64,000 bases of DNA from Patescibacteria group bacterium (GTDB taxonomy: Bacteria; Patescibacteriota; WWE3; 2-01-FULL-39-13), in assembly GCA_048499955.1 (NCBI GenBank), contig JASNYX010000002.1:68513-132512 (forward strand), written 5' to 3'. Shown piece by piece: positions 41,513 to 51,887 of this stretch. Numbering within the stretch: the first letter of the stretch is position 1; the number at the start of each line of letters is the position of its first letter. The translations under genes and the position numbers were made by a program. Under the pieces are notes generated by a model, which saw only the letters and a program-made list of their open reading frames with translations, ran no database searches and was not told the origin of the DNA.

Positions 41513-42811
41513 ATGAAAGTCGGATACGAGCTATATACCTTAAAAAACGGTGCCCAGATACTTCTAATTCCCAGTGATGCGGTAAATTCCATCAATATTA
41601 TTGGCCTACTTAAATCAGGCTCTGCACTCGAAAAACAGGATAATCAAGGAATTACCCACTTTGTGGAACACATGACACTTACCTGCACCGAGAAATGGAA
41701 AACTAAAGAATCGATGAGTGAAGAAATAGAATTCAATGGCGGGATCACAAATGGTGGGACAGCCCATGAATATCTTAGCTATAACATTAACATTCCCAAC
41801 ACGAAACTCGAATTCGGACTCACTTATATCCATCAAATTCTTTATCATGCATCATTTGAAGATGAAAATATTGAGATCGAAAGAAGCATTATATTAGACG
41901 AGCTTTCTAAATACGAAGATAATGTTTATTACAGAGCCGGAGAATTCACACTCGACAATCTTTTAGAAAAAAAATCGGCATACTCATTTGAAATTGGAGG
42001 AAACAAAGATACTGTTAAAGGTTTCACAAAAGAAGATTTGCTTAATCAATATAAATACTCCCACTCACCGGAGAGATTGCTATTATGTGTGGTAGGGAAT
42101 TTCAAACTTCATCAAGCAAAAAAAATCATTGGAGAACTTTTTGAACCTATCCCATGTGCCAACATACCAAATGAATATCCGACAGAAGCACTAAAAGATG
42201 GAATCGTATTATCAAAAGCCGATAAAAAAACGGATCTGGTGATCTGTGATGTAATCATGAAATATAAAGGAATACCTGATATATCATTTGAAGAATATAT
42301 CTTGAGCCAGTTTTCATGTGTGGTGCTGTCCGGACCTCAAACCAGCAGGCTTAACCAAAGGCTACGTGAAAAGGAAGGATTGCTTTACAGTATCTCCTGC
42401 AGCTCATCAACAAGAATTCCGTATGGAAATTTCCAAATTGGTTTTGAAGTCAAACCGAAGTTCTACGAAAAAACTATTAATGTGTTACTCGATGAGCTAT
42501 CAAAATTCTACGAGAACGGACTATCAGAAAAAGAACTGGAACACTACAAGGAATACATAACAAATAGGTTTATAGTCAAATACGATAACATTTATACATA
42601 CTCCAATCTAATCAGGATACCGGTATTCTATAATGAGGATGTAAAAACACTAAACGAAATTATAGAAGCATTTAAATCTCTTACGTTAAAAGAAGTGAAC
42701 ACGTATATTCGGAACTTTTTCAATCCATTTACCGCAAGTTATGTTGCTTATGGAGCCGTCGACAAAGAAACAAAACCGATGATCGAAAATACGTTGTCAA
42801 AATACAAATAA
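41513..42811 (+). CDS. Peptidase M16 family (pitrilysin-like)
   Basis: GITHFVEHM (HxxEH), ERSIILDE, SRLNQRLREKEGLLY; start MKVG 7 nt after TATAAT. Confidence 0.9.
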   Translation: MKVGYELYTLKNGAQILLIPSDAVNSINIIGLLKSGSALEKQDNQGITHFVEHMTLTCTEKWKTKESMSEEIEFNGGITNGGTAHEYLSYNINIPNTKLEFGLTYIHQILYHASFEDENIEIERSIILDELSKYEDNVYYRAGEFTLDNLLEKKSAYSFEIGGNKDTVKGFTKEDLLNQYKYSHSPERLLLCVVGNFKLHQAKKIIGELFEPIPCANIPNEYPTEALKDGIVLSKADKKTDLVICDVIMKYKGIPDISFEEYILSQFSCVVLSGPQTSRLNQRLREKEGLLYSISCSSSTRIPYGNFQIGFEVKPKFYEKTINVLLDELSKFYENGLSEKELEHYKEYITNRFIVKYDNIYTYSNLIRIPVFYNEDVKTLNEIIEAFKSLTLKEVNTYIRNFFNPFTASYVAYGAVDKETKPMIENTLSKYK

Positions 42812-42829
42812 GCACAACTCAAATACAAA

Positions 42830-45388
42830 TCAATTTGAGGAAGTTTTTCCGTGACAATGTTTATATTTCTTTCCACTTCCACATGGGCAAGGGTCATTTC
42901 TTCCTACCTTAGCAACAGTTGCTTGTGGCGATATTTTTGAGTCTGCATTATTTCGTACTTCGTTGAGATGCGACGATTCATCAGAAAATCCGCTCTCGAC
43001 ATCAGGAGAAATGTAAGCAAGCTTTTGGTTTGTTGTATCTTGAACCGCTTTTTTAATTTCAACTTTAACGTTTGATAAACGCTCTCCAATATTCGACCAT
43101 ATTTGTGTCATCATGGTATCAAATAAAATTTTTCCCTCACGCTTATACTCAACAATCGGGTTTCCTGAACCATACGTTTTAAGTCGGACATCGTTTCCTA
43201 AGTCATCCATCGTAGCGATGTGATCCATCCAAAGAAGATCTATAACTTCAATACAAATCCTTTTTGTGACTTCAAACCACACTTCTGCAGGATATTCCTT
43301 AAGTCTTTTATTATTTACTTCCTGAAAATCAGGAAAATAAACCGTAATGCGACTATTCAACCATTCATAAAATGATTCTAAATCATTAAATTCTGCGAAT
43401 AAAATCTTGCGTCGAACACTGTACATTGCTTCTCTCTGAACATTTACCACATCATCATACTCAACTAATGCACGTCGTCGATCAAAATTAATTCCTTCGA
43501 CTTTTTTCTGAGCGTTTTCAATAGATCGGGAAATCATACCTGCCTCAATCGGCATATCATCACCAACACCTAAGCGGTTCATAATGTTTTCAATGGCGGA
43601 ACCGCCAAAAATACGCATTAGGTCATCCTGAAGCGACAGATAAAATCTGGACTCACCCACATCACCCTGACGGCCTGAACGCCCACGAAGCTGATTATCA
43701 ATTCTCCTCGAATCATGCCGTTCCGTACCAATAACATATAACCCACCAATATCTATAATTTCTTCATACACTTCCTTATCAAAGGGATCACCACCGAGAA
43801 TGATATCAACCCCACGACCGGCCATATTAGTAGCCACCGTGACGGCTCCTTTTTTACCTGCTTGCCTAATTATTAATGCCTCTCTTTCGTGTTGCTTCGC
43901 ATTTAAAATTTCGTGAGGTATGTTTAACCGTTTTAAAAACTTAGAAAGTAATTCTGATTTTTCGATACTTATAGTACCAATGAGGATAGGTTGACCGTTA
44001 GCGTGTCGCTCTGAGATATCTTTTGCAATGGCTTTGTATTTTCCTGTTTCCGTTTTATAAACAACATCAGTGTGGTCAATTCTTCTTACCTGCTTGAAGG
44101 TAGGTATTACGACAACATCTAAACCATAAATTCTGAAGAATTCTTCGGCTTCGGTTTCAGCCGTACCGGTCATCCCGGCTAACTTATCGTATAGCCTGAA
44201 ATAATTTTGATAAGAAATTGTTGCAACCGTTTTGTTTTCTGCATTTATCTCCACGTTCTCCTTGGCTTCTATTGCCTGATGCAAGCCTTTCGACCAACGA
44301 TTGCCATAAAGAACTCTACCGGTATTCTGATCGACGATTAAGATGTTTTTGTCTTTAACAATATAATCTCTATTTTTTAAATAGAACTCTTTGGCGGATA
44401 AAGCATTCTCGATCCGGTGAATGGTATCGAAATCTTTTTCGTATAAGTTTTCAACTCCCAATCGTCTTTCAATCTTATTAATTCCGATTTCGGTAATAGT
44501 AACTAATCGATCTTTTTCATCAACATCATAATCTGTTCCTTGAATTAAAGTATCAGCGAGTTCGGCAAACTTATAATATATATCAGACTTAACTTCGGTC
44601 GGTGCAGAAATAATCAAAGGAGTTCGGGCAATATCAATTAAAATAGAATCAACCTCATCGACAATTGCATAGCGATGCTTGCCAAAATTCCCCAACGAGT
44701 TCAACTGAACAATATCATTCTGACTTCTGGACATATTGTCCCGAAGGTAATCAAAACCGAATGAACTTGCTGTACCATAAGTTATATCAGCACTATATGC
44801 ATATCTTCTTTGAACAGGCTTCAAATGTTTAGTATATTCATCGATTACCTTATCTACCGTATAAGCAGAATCATAAACGTATGATTCACGATCCAAAATG
44901 ACACCAACTGAAATACCTAAAAAATCATATACAGGACCATACCACCCGGCTCCGTGTTTAGATAAATAATCGTTCGGGGTAATAAGATGTGTGCCAAGTC
45001 CCGGTAGTGAATTCAAAATTAAGGGTAGGGTAGCTGTAAGTGTTTTTCCTTCACCGGTTTTTTGCTCTGAAATTTTATTCTGGTGAAGCACTATTCCGGA
45101 AATAATCTGCACATCTCGATGTCTCTGCCCCATAACTCGCTTTGAGGCTTCACGCACTATAGCGTAAACATCGGGCATCAGATCATCTAACCTTTGATTT
45201 ATTTCATCTATGCTAAGATCCGGTTGTCGTAATTCGTCTTTCCAATCTTTAATAAGAGACTTAAGATCCGAGTCTGAATATTTGGAATACTTTTCTTCTA
45301 ATGAATTTATTTTATCAACCAAAGGTTGAAGCGTAGAAATCTTGTATTCGTTTGAGTTTATGAATCTTCCGATAATCCGCTTAAACAT
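42830..45388 (-). CDS. secA: Preprotein translocase subunit SecA
   Basis: KTGEGKT, FGFDYLRDN, DEVDSILID, ATNMAGRG, QLRGRSGRQGD, SEC-C motif GRNDPCPCGSGKKYKHCHG. Confidence 0.98.
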   Translation of the reverse strand: MFKRIIGRFINSNEYKISTLQPLVDKINSLEEKYSKYSDSDLKSLIKDWKDELRQPDLSIDEINQRLDDLMPDVYAIVREASKRVMGQRHRDVQIISGIVLHQNKISEQKTGEGKTLTATLPLILNSLPGLGTHLITPNDYLSKHGAGWYGPVYDFLGISVGVILDRESYVYDSAYTVDKVIDEYTKHLKPVQRRYAYSADITYGTASSFGFDYLRDNMSRSQNDIVQLNSLGNFGKHRYAIVDEVDSILIDIARTPLIISAPTEVKSDIYYKFAELADTLIQGTDYDVDEKDRLVTITEIGINKIERRLGVENLYEKDFDTIHRIENALSAKEFYLKNRDYIVKDKNILIVDQNTGRVLYGNRWSKGLHQAIEAKENVEINAENKTVATISYQNYFRLYDKLAGMTGTAETEAEEFFRIYGLDVVVIPTFKQVRRIDHTDVVYKTETGKYKAIAKDISERHANGQPILIGTISIEKSELLSKFLKRLNIPHEILNAKQHEREALIIRQAGKKGAVTVATNMAGRGVDIILGGDPFDKEVYEEIIDIGGLYVIGTERHDSRRIDNQLRGRSGRQGDVGESRFYLSLQDDLMRIFGGSAIENIMNRLGVGDDMPIEAGMISRSIENAQKKVEGINFDRRRALVEYDDVVNVQREAMYSVRRKILFAEFNDLESFYEWLNSRITVYFPDFQEVNNKRLKEYPAEVWFEVTKRICIEVIDLLWMDHIATMDDLGNDVRLKTYGSGNPIVEYKREGKILFDTMMTQIWSNIGERLSNVKVEIKKAVQDTTNQKLAYISPDVESGFSDESSHLNEVRNNADSKISPQATVAKVGRNDPCPCGSGKKYKHCHGKTSSN

Positions 45389-45517
45389 AATTTAAATATA
45401 AACGAAGAGGCACTCTATTGCGGCTACTCCAATATAAGTACATCATCATTCCCAAGAAGCTTAACTGCTTCAAGGCATATTATACGATGAAACAATCAAA
45501 TTTATCATGGCGCTACT

Positions 45518-45544
45518 TAAGAAAACCGTGACCGTAAAGTCACG
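45518..45544 (-). terminator. Putative intrinsic terminator after uppP
   Basis: CGTGAC-TTTACG-GTCACG hairpin followed by GTTTTCTT on the minus strand. Confidence 0.45.
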
Positions 45545-45618
45545 AATGAATCGAGAGGCGATACCATATTAACGCGTAGTTCCTTGAGAAGATACATCCT
45601 GCGTAAGCTGGTGGATAT

Positions 45619-46428
45619 TCATAAGTACAGCAAAATTAGCAGGGCAAGTAATATCCTATAAATAATAAATACGTTTAACGAATATCGCCTGAGAAACTTC
45701 ATTAAAAAACCGACGGCCAGCAACCCTGACACAAATGCTGATAGCATACCTGAGAGTACATATATCGACTCATCATTACCACCGGAAAATAAAACGGGCA
45801 ATTTCACCAATGCCGCTCCTAAAATAATTGGCGTTGCCAATAAAAACGAAAATTTTGCGGCACTTTCCCTCGAGTAGCCTCGAAGTAAACCGGTTGAAAT
45901 TGTCATTCCCGATCTTGAGGATCCGGGAATCAAGGCAACGATTTGACTTAAGGAAATAACTAAAGCATCCAATAGCCCGGGAGAATTTTTCTTTTCAGAA
46001 TATTTTTTGGAAACCCATTCCGAAAAATACATAAATGCTGATACAATGACCAACATTACCGACACAATATATGGGGAACGTAACGTATCTTCGATATAAT
46101 CACCAATCAACAAACCCACAACCCCAACCGGAACCGTAACGATTAGTATTTTCAACAATTGCCTGGAATCATTTTCCATCTGCTCCCAACTGAAATTTAT
46201 TCGAAATAAATCTCTAAGTAAGGATGTGATCATCCGTTGCCAATCTTTATGATAGTAAACTAAAACGGCCAAGGCAGTACCAAAATGCAATGCAACATCA
46301 AATGACAAAGATTGTTCCGACCAATTGAAAAAATAGGGGACAAGTAGCAAATGCCCCGAAGACGAAACAGGTAAAAACTCGGTTAATCCTTGAACAATAC
46401 CTAAAAAGATTGATTGAAAATGGGTCAT
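45619..46428 (-). CDS. uppP: Undecaprenyl-diphosphate phosphatase
   Basis: QGLTEFLPVSSSGHL, PGSSRSGMTI, AAKFSFLLATP. Confidence 0.95.
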   Translation of the reverse strand: MTHFQSIFLGIVQGLTEFLPVSSSGHLLLVPYFFNWSEQSLSFDVALHFGTALAVLVYYHKDWQRMITSLLRDLFRINFSWEQMENDSRQLLKILIVTVPVGVVGLLIGDYIEDTLRSPYIVSVMLVIVSAFMYFSEWVSKKYSEKKNSPGLLDALVISLSQIVALIPGSSRSGMTISTGLLRGYSRESAAKFSFLLATPIILGAALVKLPVLFSGGNDESIYVLSGMLSAFVSGLLAVGFLMKFLRRYSLNVFIIYRILLALLILLYL

Positions 46429-46952
46429 TTAATCCTTCTAAAACTAATGTCGTAATGTGCCAACATCCAGGAAATTACAAAGCCAAGAACAATTCCCGCA
46501 ATAATATCTGAATAAAAGTGCAATCCGGCATATACTCTAAATAATGCTGTGAGCATAGCTAAAACAAACAAGTACAACAAAAAAGCGACATCTTTACTCG
46601 AAAGAAAGGGGAGTTTAATCTTAGCTAAGCTGTTATTTCCCCTATCCTGTTTGGATGACAAAACCTGACATGAGATTATATAGAAAAAAAATATCGCAAA
46701 GGCAAAAGTCGTGTGAGTCGAAGGGAAACTGGTTCCCGTACTTCTAAAGACTTCCTCAAAATCAGGACGCGGTTTATCTGTCAGAAACTTTATAAATTCG
46801 GATGCAAAAAATGCGATCAGTACAGTGATACCCAGATCCTCCAGCCTTGTTCTATGCGATCTATAGACTATAAATAAAACCGACAAAAACAGAAGACCAA
46901 GGGTGAAATAACTTAATACATCAAACAAATAAAAGTTGCTCAAATACTGCAT
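46425..46952 (-). CDS. PAP2-family phosphatase
   Basis: K..TDKPRP, SFPSTH, RVYAGLHFYSDI. Confidence 0.85.
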   Translation of the reverse strand: MQYLSNFYLFDVLSYFTLGLLFLSVLFIVYRSHRTRLEDLGITVLIAFFASEFIKFLTDKPRPDFEEVFRSTGTSFPSTHTTFAFAIFFFYIISCQVLSSKQDRGNNSLAKIKLPFLSSKDVAFLLYLFVLAMLTALFRVYAGLHFYSDIIAGIVLGFVISWMLAHYDISFRRIK

Positions 46953-46979
46953 AATTCAATTTTAACAATTAATAGGCAT

Positions 46980-48254
46980 TTATTCGGCATCAATTTTATC
47001 AAAGCCTGTGTACTTCCTCAGAACTTCCGGAACAATAATAGACCCATCTTCCTGTTGGTAATTTTCAATAACTGCCGCAAACAATCTCGGAGTTGCTGCA
47101 ACGGTGTTATTTAATGTGTGAACATATTTAGTTTCTCCCGATGAAGTCCGATATTTCATATTTAATCTCCGTGATTGAAAATCAAGGAAATACGAATCCG
47201 AATGAGTCTCGCGATATTTATTCTGGCTAGGGAACCACGTTTCAATATCATACTTTTTTCTTTGCCCGGGCCCCATATCACCGGTACACATTAACAACAC
47301 TTGATAATGTAAGCCTAAGTTTTGCAAAATGGTTTCCGAGTATTCCCTCATTTTATCGTGCCATTCTCTGGATATATTTTCATCAGAAGGAACAATTACT
47401 ACTTGCTCAACTTTATTAAAGGTATGCACTCTAAAAATACCTCGAGTGTCTTTTCCGTGACTACCGATTTCCCTTCTAAAACACTGTGAAAGGCCAACCA
47501 TTTTAATCGGAAGATCTTGCTCTTTTAACACTTCATCCGCGTAGTATGCAGTAAGCGAAACCTCAGCAGTTCCTACTAAAGCCTCGTCGTCTTGAGTATA
47601 ATAGTGATCGTCTTCACCCCACGGAAAATACCCTGTACCTGTAAGCCACTTTTTATTAACCATTACCGGTACATTTATGGGAGAAAATCCTTGCTCGACC
47701 ATATAATCCAACGAATAACGCAAAAGTGCTTGTTCCAAAAGCATTCCTTTTCCGGTTATAAAATATCCCCTGAATCCGGCAATTTTAGACCCACGCTTGG
47801 TGTCGATAATCTTTAGGGTTTCACCAAGAGTAAGATGATCTTTTGGCTCGAAGTTAAATTCTTTCTTTTCACCCTTAACATACAAAACTTTATTACCCAA
47901 TTCATCAGATCCGATTGGAACATCATCTGCAGGTATATTGGGAACCCAAAGCATAATACTCTCAAACTCAGGTTTAATAATTGACAACCTCTCTTCTAAA
48001 TCTTTAACTTTGGGCTTTAGCTCGGATGCATAATCAATCAAAGACTTTCTCTCAGAGTCATCTTTAGAGAATTTGATTTTTTCATCTAACGAATTTCGCT
48101 GCATACGCAGCCCATCAAGCTCAAGATTTATTTCCTGAATTTCTTTATCCAACTTAAGTAGCTGATCAATATCCACAGTATCCGCAAGATTTTTATTTTT
48201 AACTGCATTTTTTACAACTTCAGTATTTTGACGAATAAATTTAATATCTAACAT
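46980..48254 (-). CDS. serS: Serine--tRNA ligase
   Basis: MLDIKFIR, GTAEV, CFRREIG..GKDTRGIFRVHTFNKVEQ, HTLNNT, ENYQQEDG. Confidence 0.97.
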   Translation of the reverse strand: MLDIKFIRQNTEVVKNAVKNKNLADTVDIDQLLKLDKEIQEINLELDGLRMQRNSLDEKIKFSKDDSERKSLIDYASELKPKVKDLEERLSIIKPEFESIMLWVPNIPADDVPIGSDELGNKVLYVKGEKKEFNFEPKDHLTLGETLKIIDTKRGSKIAGFRGYFITGKGMLLEQALLRYSLDYMVEQGFSPINVPVMVNKKWLTGTGYFPWGEDDHYYTQDDEALVGTAEVSLTAYYADEVLKEQDLPIKMVGLSQCFRREIGSHGKDTRGIFRVHTFNKVEQVVIVPSDENISREWHDKMREYSETILQNLGLHYQVLLMCTGDMGPGQRKKYDIETWFPSQNKYRETHSDSYFLDFQSRRLNMKYRTSSGETKYVHTLNNTVAATPRLFAAVIENYQQEDGSIIVPEVLRKYTGFDKIDAE

Positions 48255-48279
48255 TTTTGATTTTGGGATTGGAAGGGAT

Positions 48280-48490
48280 AAACAACAGAGCCATCCGCAT
48301 CCAAGCTCCTTAAAATAAGAAACCTGTTTTACGGAGACGACTTTTCAGCCGCGGTACCACTCCTGTTCCTTCAATATATTTTATAGAAGGCACTTTAGAT
48401 GATAACTTACGGTTACCTCTCGTTCAGGTTAGCGCTTTTTTATTAAGCTTTTCCCGGAAAAATCCAGAGGAGCTACCCTCTTTCTTGATG
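48280..48490 (-). promoter_or_regulatory. T-box riboswitch leader of serS
   Basis: GGAG-UGGUACC-GCGG...UCGU-CUCC antiterminator (bulge 48353-48359), CCGUAAGUUAUC stem-II-region motif, stem III CCUUC/GAAGG, competing AGUCGUC/GAUGGCU helix; TATAAT at 48496-48501. Confidence 0.8.
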
Positions 48491-48516
48491 AACATATTAT
48501 ACAACATTACAAAACT

Positions 48517-49254
48517 TTACCTGGCAAATCTTTCTCTTAGACCTTTCCTGAAGTCTTTCCAGTGATTCGAAGACTGCAATACTAAATTCCAATATGCCAT
48601 TTCAAAGCATAAAAATTTGGTGAATTGCTCTATAGAGGATTTCCCATGCATAGTTTCAATATCTACTAAGGCAATCCGATCGTCTTCAGATATGAATATA
48701 TTTTTGGAATTATCAAGCGGCCGAAGAAATTTTCTCAATCGCTCTTTAAAGCTACTTGACCCGGAACCTTCATCACCACCAGTTGTGCCGATTAAATCCA
48801 AACAATGCCCATTTCTTAAATAAGAATTTCTGCTGGCTCTCAATAGAGTTTTCAAGTCTTCAGCATGTTCTTGTCTAACATTTTCGATATCTTCAGCACT
48901 AATAAGTGGCTGCCCTCTCACTCTTGCTTGTATTTTATATGCAACAGGATATCCATCGTTACCGCTTGCCACAAGGAAGTGTTCTTCGGGTGCATATATC
49001 TCATCAGGAATATGCTCTCGTGCTTCACTAGTCTTCACTCGTTGGTGATTAATGACTTCAAATGCATGGCGATTTCGTGCATCAAAGTACTCGGAATCAG
49101 TCTGTCCCGGCTCTCTTTGAACATCGTACGAAAATCCCATTTCCTTTATTACAGTTTCACCGGAATTTATTGTCGAGACCCTGGTAAATTTACTTGAATC
49201 AAGATACTCAGGTGTATCTTCTATTGGCAAGGCATTGATAGCACGATTATCCAC
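48517..49254 (-). CDS. Hypothetical protein, possible kinase-like fold
   Basis: VIKE, QARVRGQPL, DL...NIF, IALVD motifs in kinase-like order; GTG start 6 nt after TATATT. Confidence 0.45.
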   Translation of the reverse strand: MDNRAINALPIEDTPEYLDSSKFTRVSTINSGETVIKEMGFSYDVQREPGQTDSEYFDARNRHAFEVINHQRVKTSEAREHIPDEIYAPEEHFLVASGNDGYPVAYKIQARVRGQPLISAEDIENVRQEHAEDLKTLLRASRNSYLRNGHCLDLIGTTGGDEGSGSSSFKERLRKFLRPLDNSKNIFISEDDRIALVDIETMHGKSSIEQFTKFLCFEMAYWNLVLQSSNHWKDFRKGLRERFAR

Positions 49255-49278
49255 CTATCTAATATATAGGTTAATAAT

Positions 49279-49755
49279 TTATAATGCGATACTTTGATCT
49301 AATTCTGAAGCAAATAAATGAGGAAATGCCTGCTCTAATGAACGTATTGTCATCTGGAGCAATTTTACCGGAGCATAACCGGGTTTCCAATTCCAATCTT
49401 TCAACATAACGTCTAGGGCAATACAGTGCATCGCATGTGTGGCAAATATCTCTTGTTCATAGATATATCCTGGCACCAAAGAACAATCAGGCCGAACTTC
49501 GGGAGATGCTGCTTGAACCTCAAGCACATCAGGCACTCTGTGGAGTAAAGCAATTTCAACATATGCGCGCATATGCTCAGATACCCTCTGAACGGCTCTG
49601 CTGGTCTTACCGGTTTCACCCCAAGAAATTTCAACCGGTCCTAACCTATGGGCATCAATATCCCTTAGTACTCCTTGCATACATCGAAGTGTATATGGAT
49701 CCGGTTCGGGGACGAATAAATCGGTCTCAGGCCGAAAAGTTTCATCATAATTCAT
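49279..49755 (-). CDS. Hypothetical protein
   Basis: 158 aa, start overlaps the stop of the upstream HD gene (ATGA). Confidence 0.5.
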   Translation of the reverse strand: MNYDETFRPETDLFVPEPDPYTLRCMQGVLRDIDAHRLGPVEISWGETGKTSRAVQRVSEHMRAYVEIALLHRVPDVLEVQAASPEVRPDCSLVPGYIYEQEIFATHAMHCIALDVMLKDWNWKPGYAPVKLLQMTIRSLEQAFPHLFASELDQSIAL

Positions 49756-50348
49756 AAACCGATAGCAGAACTATTTTCCTGCATACTTTCTAACACAATT
49801 GTAATAAATTCGGGAAGAGGTATTCCTAATCTTGTTTCACATTGCTCGATCTGGCTACGCTCGACTCCTTTTGCAAACGCGGGTTGCTTCCACTTCTTTA
49901 AGATATTTTCCAATTTCACTGAAGTAAGTTTTTTATCGGGCATCACCAAGGCACAAGCGACAATAAAACCGGTGAGTTCATCACAACACTCTAGAGCCCA
50001 TTCCATCTGACTTTGAGGCTCTCTTAAGTTGGTTATTTTGTTATTGTGAGACTGTATCGCTCTGTATAAGTGACTATCTTCAGAAAGGCCTTCGCTTTTC
50101 AGCCATTCTAGTGTCAACAACGTGTGCCTGCTCCAATCATCTTTAGTTAGTTCATAATCGGCATCATGAAGGATTCCTAATATTTCCCATGACTCACGAT
50201 CAGAAGGAGAATCTTCATTTAAATTTCCCTGCATCTGAAAATAATCGTATATGCCACCCAACGCAATACCGACGGCATAACAATGACGACGCAGGTTCTG
50301 GTTTTGCATGTTTTTGTGAAGTATTGTTATTGCGTCTTCTTTATTCAT
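49752..50348 (-). CDS. HD-domain (HDIG-like) phosphohydrolase
   Basis: NLRRHC, GILHDADYE, AIQSH, DELTGFIVACALV, FAKGVER. Confidence 0.85.
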   Translation of the reverse strand: MNKEDAITILHKNMQNQNLRRHCYAVGIALGGIYDYFQMQGNLNEDSPSDRESWEILGILHDADYELTKDDWSRHTLLTLEWLKSEGLSEDSHLYRAIQSHNNKITNLREPQSQMEWALECCDELTGFIVACALVMPDKKLTSVKLENILKKWKQPAFAKGVERSQIEQCETRLGIPLPEFITIVLESMQENSSAIGL

Positions 50349-51846
50349 TGGTTTCAGGTTTCAACAATGGGAACATAACACATTCCTTAATAGGTTTATT
50401 GGCGAGTGTCGAAAAGGTCCTTTCACTCACTCCAAACCCGCAAACAGGTGGCATTCCGTATTCCAGAGCTCTCACAAAATCATGGTCATACATTTGAGCC
50501 TCATCATCACCGCTATCTCTTAGCCTTTGTTGTTCTTCAAATCTTTCTGCTTGGTCAATAGGATCATTCAACTCGCTATAACCATTACCTTGTTCACTAC
50601 CTGCAATGAGAACCTGAAATCGTTCAACTTTTTGCGGCTGCTTAGGATCTCTCTTTGCTAATGGAGAAACCTCAACCGGATGACCCACCAAAAATGCCGG
50701 GCCGGAAATATTCTTTCTAACTTGTTTCCATAGAATATCGGCAATTCGGCCTCTTTCATCATTTTCAGAAAATTCTAGTTTTAATTCTGACGCTTTGTTT
50801 TTTAGTATATCTAAGGAATCGTGTAATATATCTACCCCCAAATCTTTTTTTATGGCTTCAGTGAAATCTATTTTTTCCCATTCCTTGCCTAAATCTACTT
50901 CATGCTCACCAATCGTAAATTTCATTGTTCCAAAAGTTTGGTTTGCTACATATTTGTACATCTCTTCAACCAATTTCATGCCATTCTCATAGTTAGCATA
51001 TGCCCAATAGAATTCCATCTGACTATAGTCTTGGAGATGCTCGAGGCTTTGTCCTTCATTTCTAAATTACGTCTCCCACGATTTCCAAAGTTTTTCAAAC
51101 CCCGCCAACCATAAGTCTTTTTGCCCAAGCTCACCCATCGAAATACGCAAAAACACATCAATATCTAATGAATTATGATGAGTAACAAATGGACGAGCAT
51201 CAGCTCCTCCGGCAGTATTTTCGAGTACCGGCGTTTCGACTTCCAAAAACCCTTTTTCAAGAAGAAAACTTCGGAAACTATTCCAAAACTTTGCCTTCTT
51301 ATAAAACAGCTCCCTTAATTCAGGATTTAAAATGAAATCAACGTATCTTTGACGATACCTTTCTTCTTCATCTTTAATCCCAAAATGCATACTCGGAAGT
51401 GGTCTGACTGATTTTGTCAGCAACTTTAGCTCATGAACTAAAATTGAGATTTCACCTCTTTTAGTTTTTGTAACCTCACCTGTAACCTCAACAAAATCAC
51501 CAATATCTAAAAGATTTAGCTTTTCAAAGTCTAGCGTTCCTTTTTCCGCATTAAACAACATTCCCTGATCAGCTTTCAAATATAGCTGAATGTGACCTGA
51601 TTCATCTGAAACATCAGCAAAAGCCAGAGCTCCGTGCTCCCTCCAAGATAATATACGACCACACACAGAAACATTTGATCCTTCAAGTTTTTCAAAATTA
51701 TCAACAATCTCCGAAATATCATGTGATCGATTCCCACTTGCTAGATAAGGGTCAATTCCTAATTCGCGAATCTTATTAATTTTTTGAATTCTGATTTGTC
51801 GTAGCTGGTCTAGAGGAAGTTGAGTTGGAGAAATATTCGTATCCAT
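50341..51846 (-). CDS. lysS: Lysine--tRNA ligase (class II), interrupted near 51067-51130 by clustered indels and an in-frame TAA
   Basis: N-part: RYRQRYVD, EVETPVL, GGADARPFVTH. After the TAA the same frame gives FRNEG..H..DYSQMEFY, SPLAK, ERF, YSELNDP, LEYGMPP, FP. Confidence 0.9.
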
Positions 51847-51887
51847 GCGGGAATTTTAACATCCGCTAAAGGAAAAGCACAGATACC

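Noticed and set aside
50976-51161. Programmed frameshift or readthrough in lysS via the 61-aa ORF
   Set aside because: Several indels within about 70 nt are needed to restore the motif; no single recoding event explains it.
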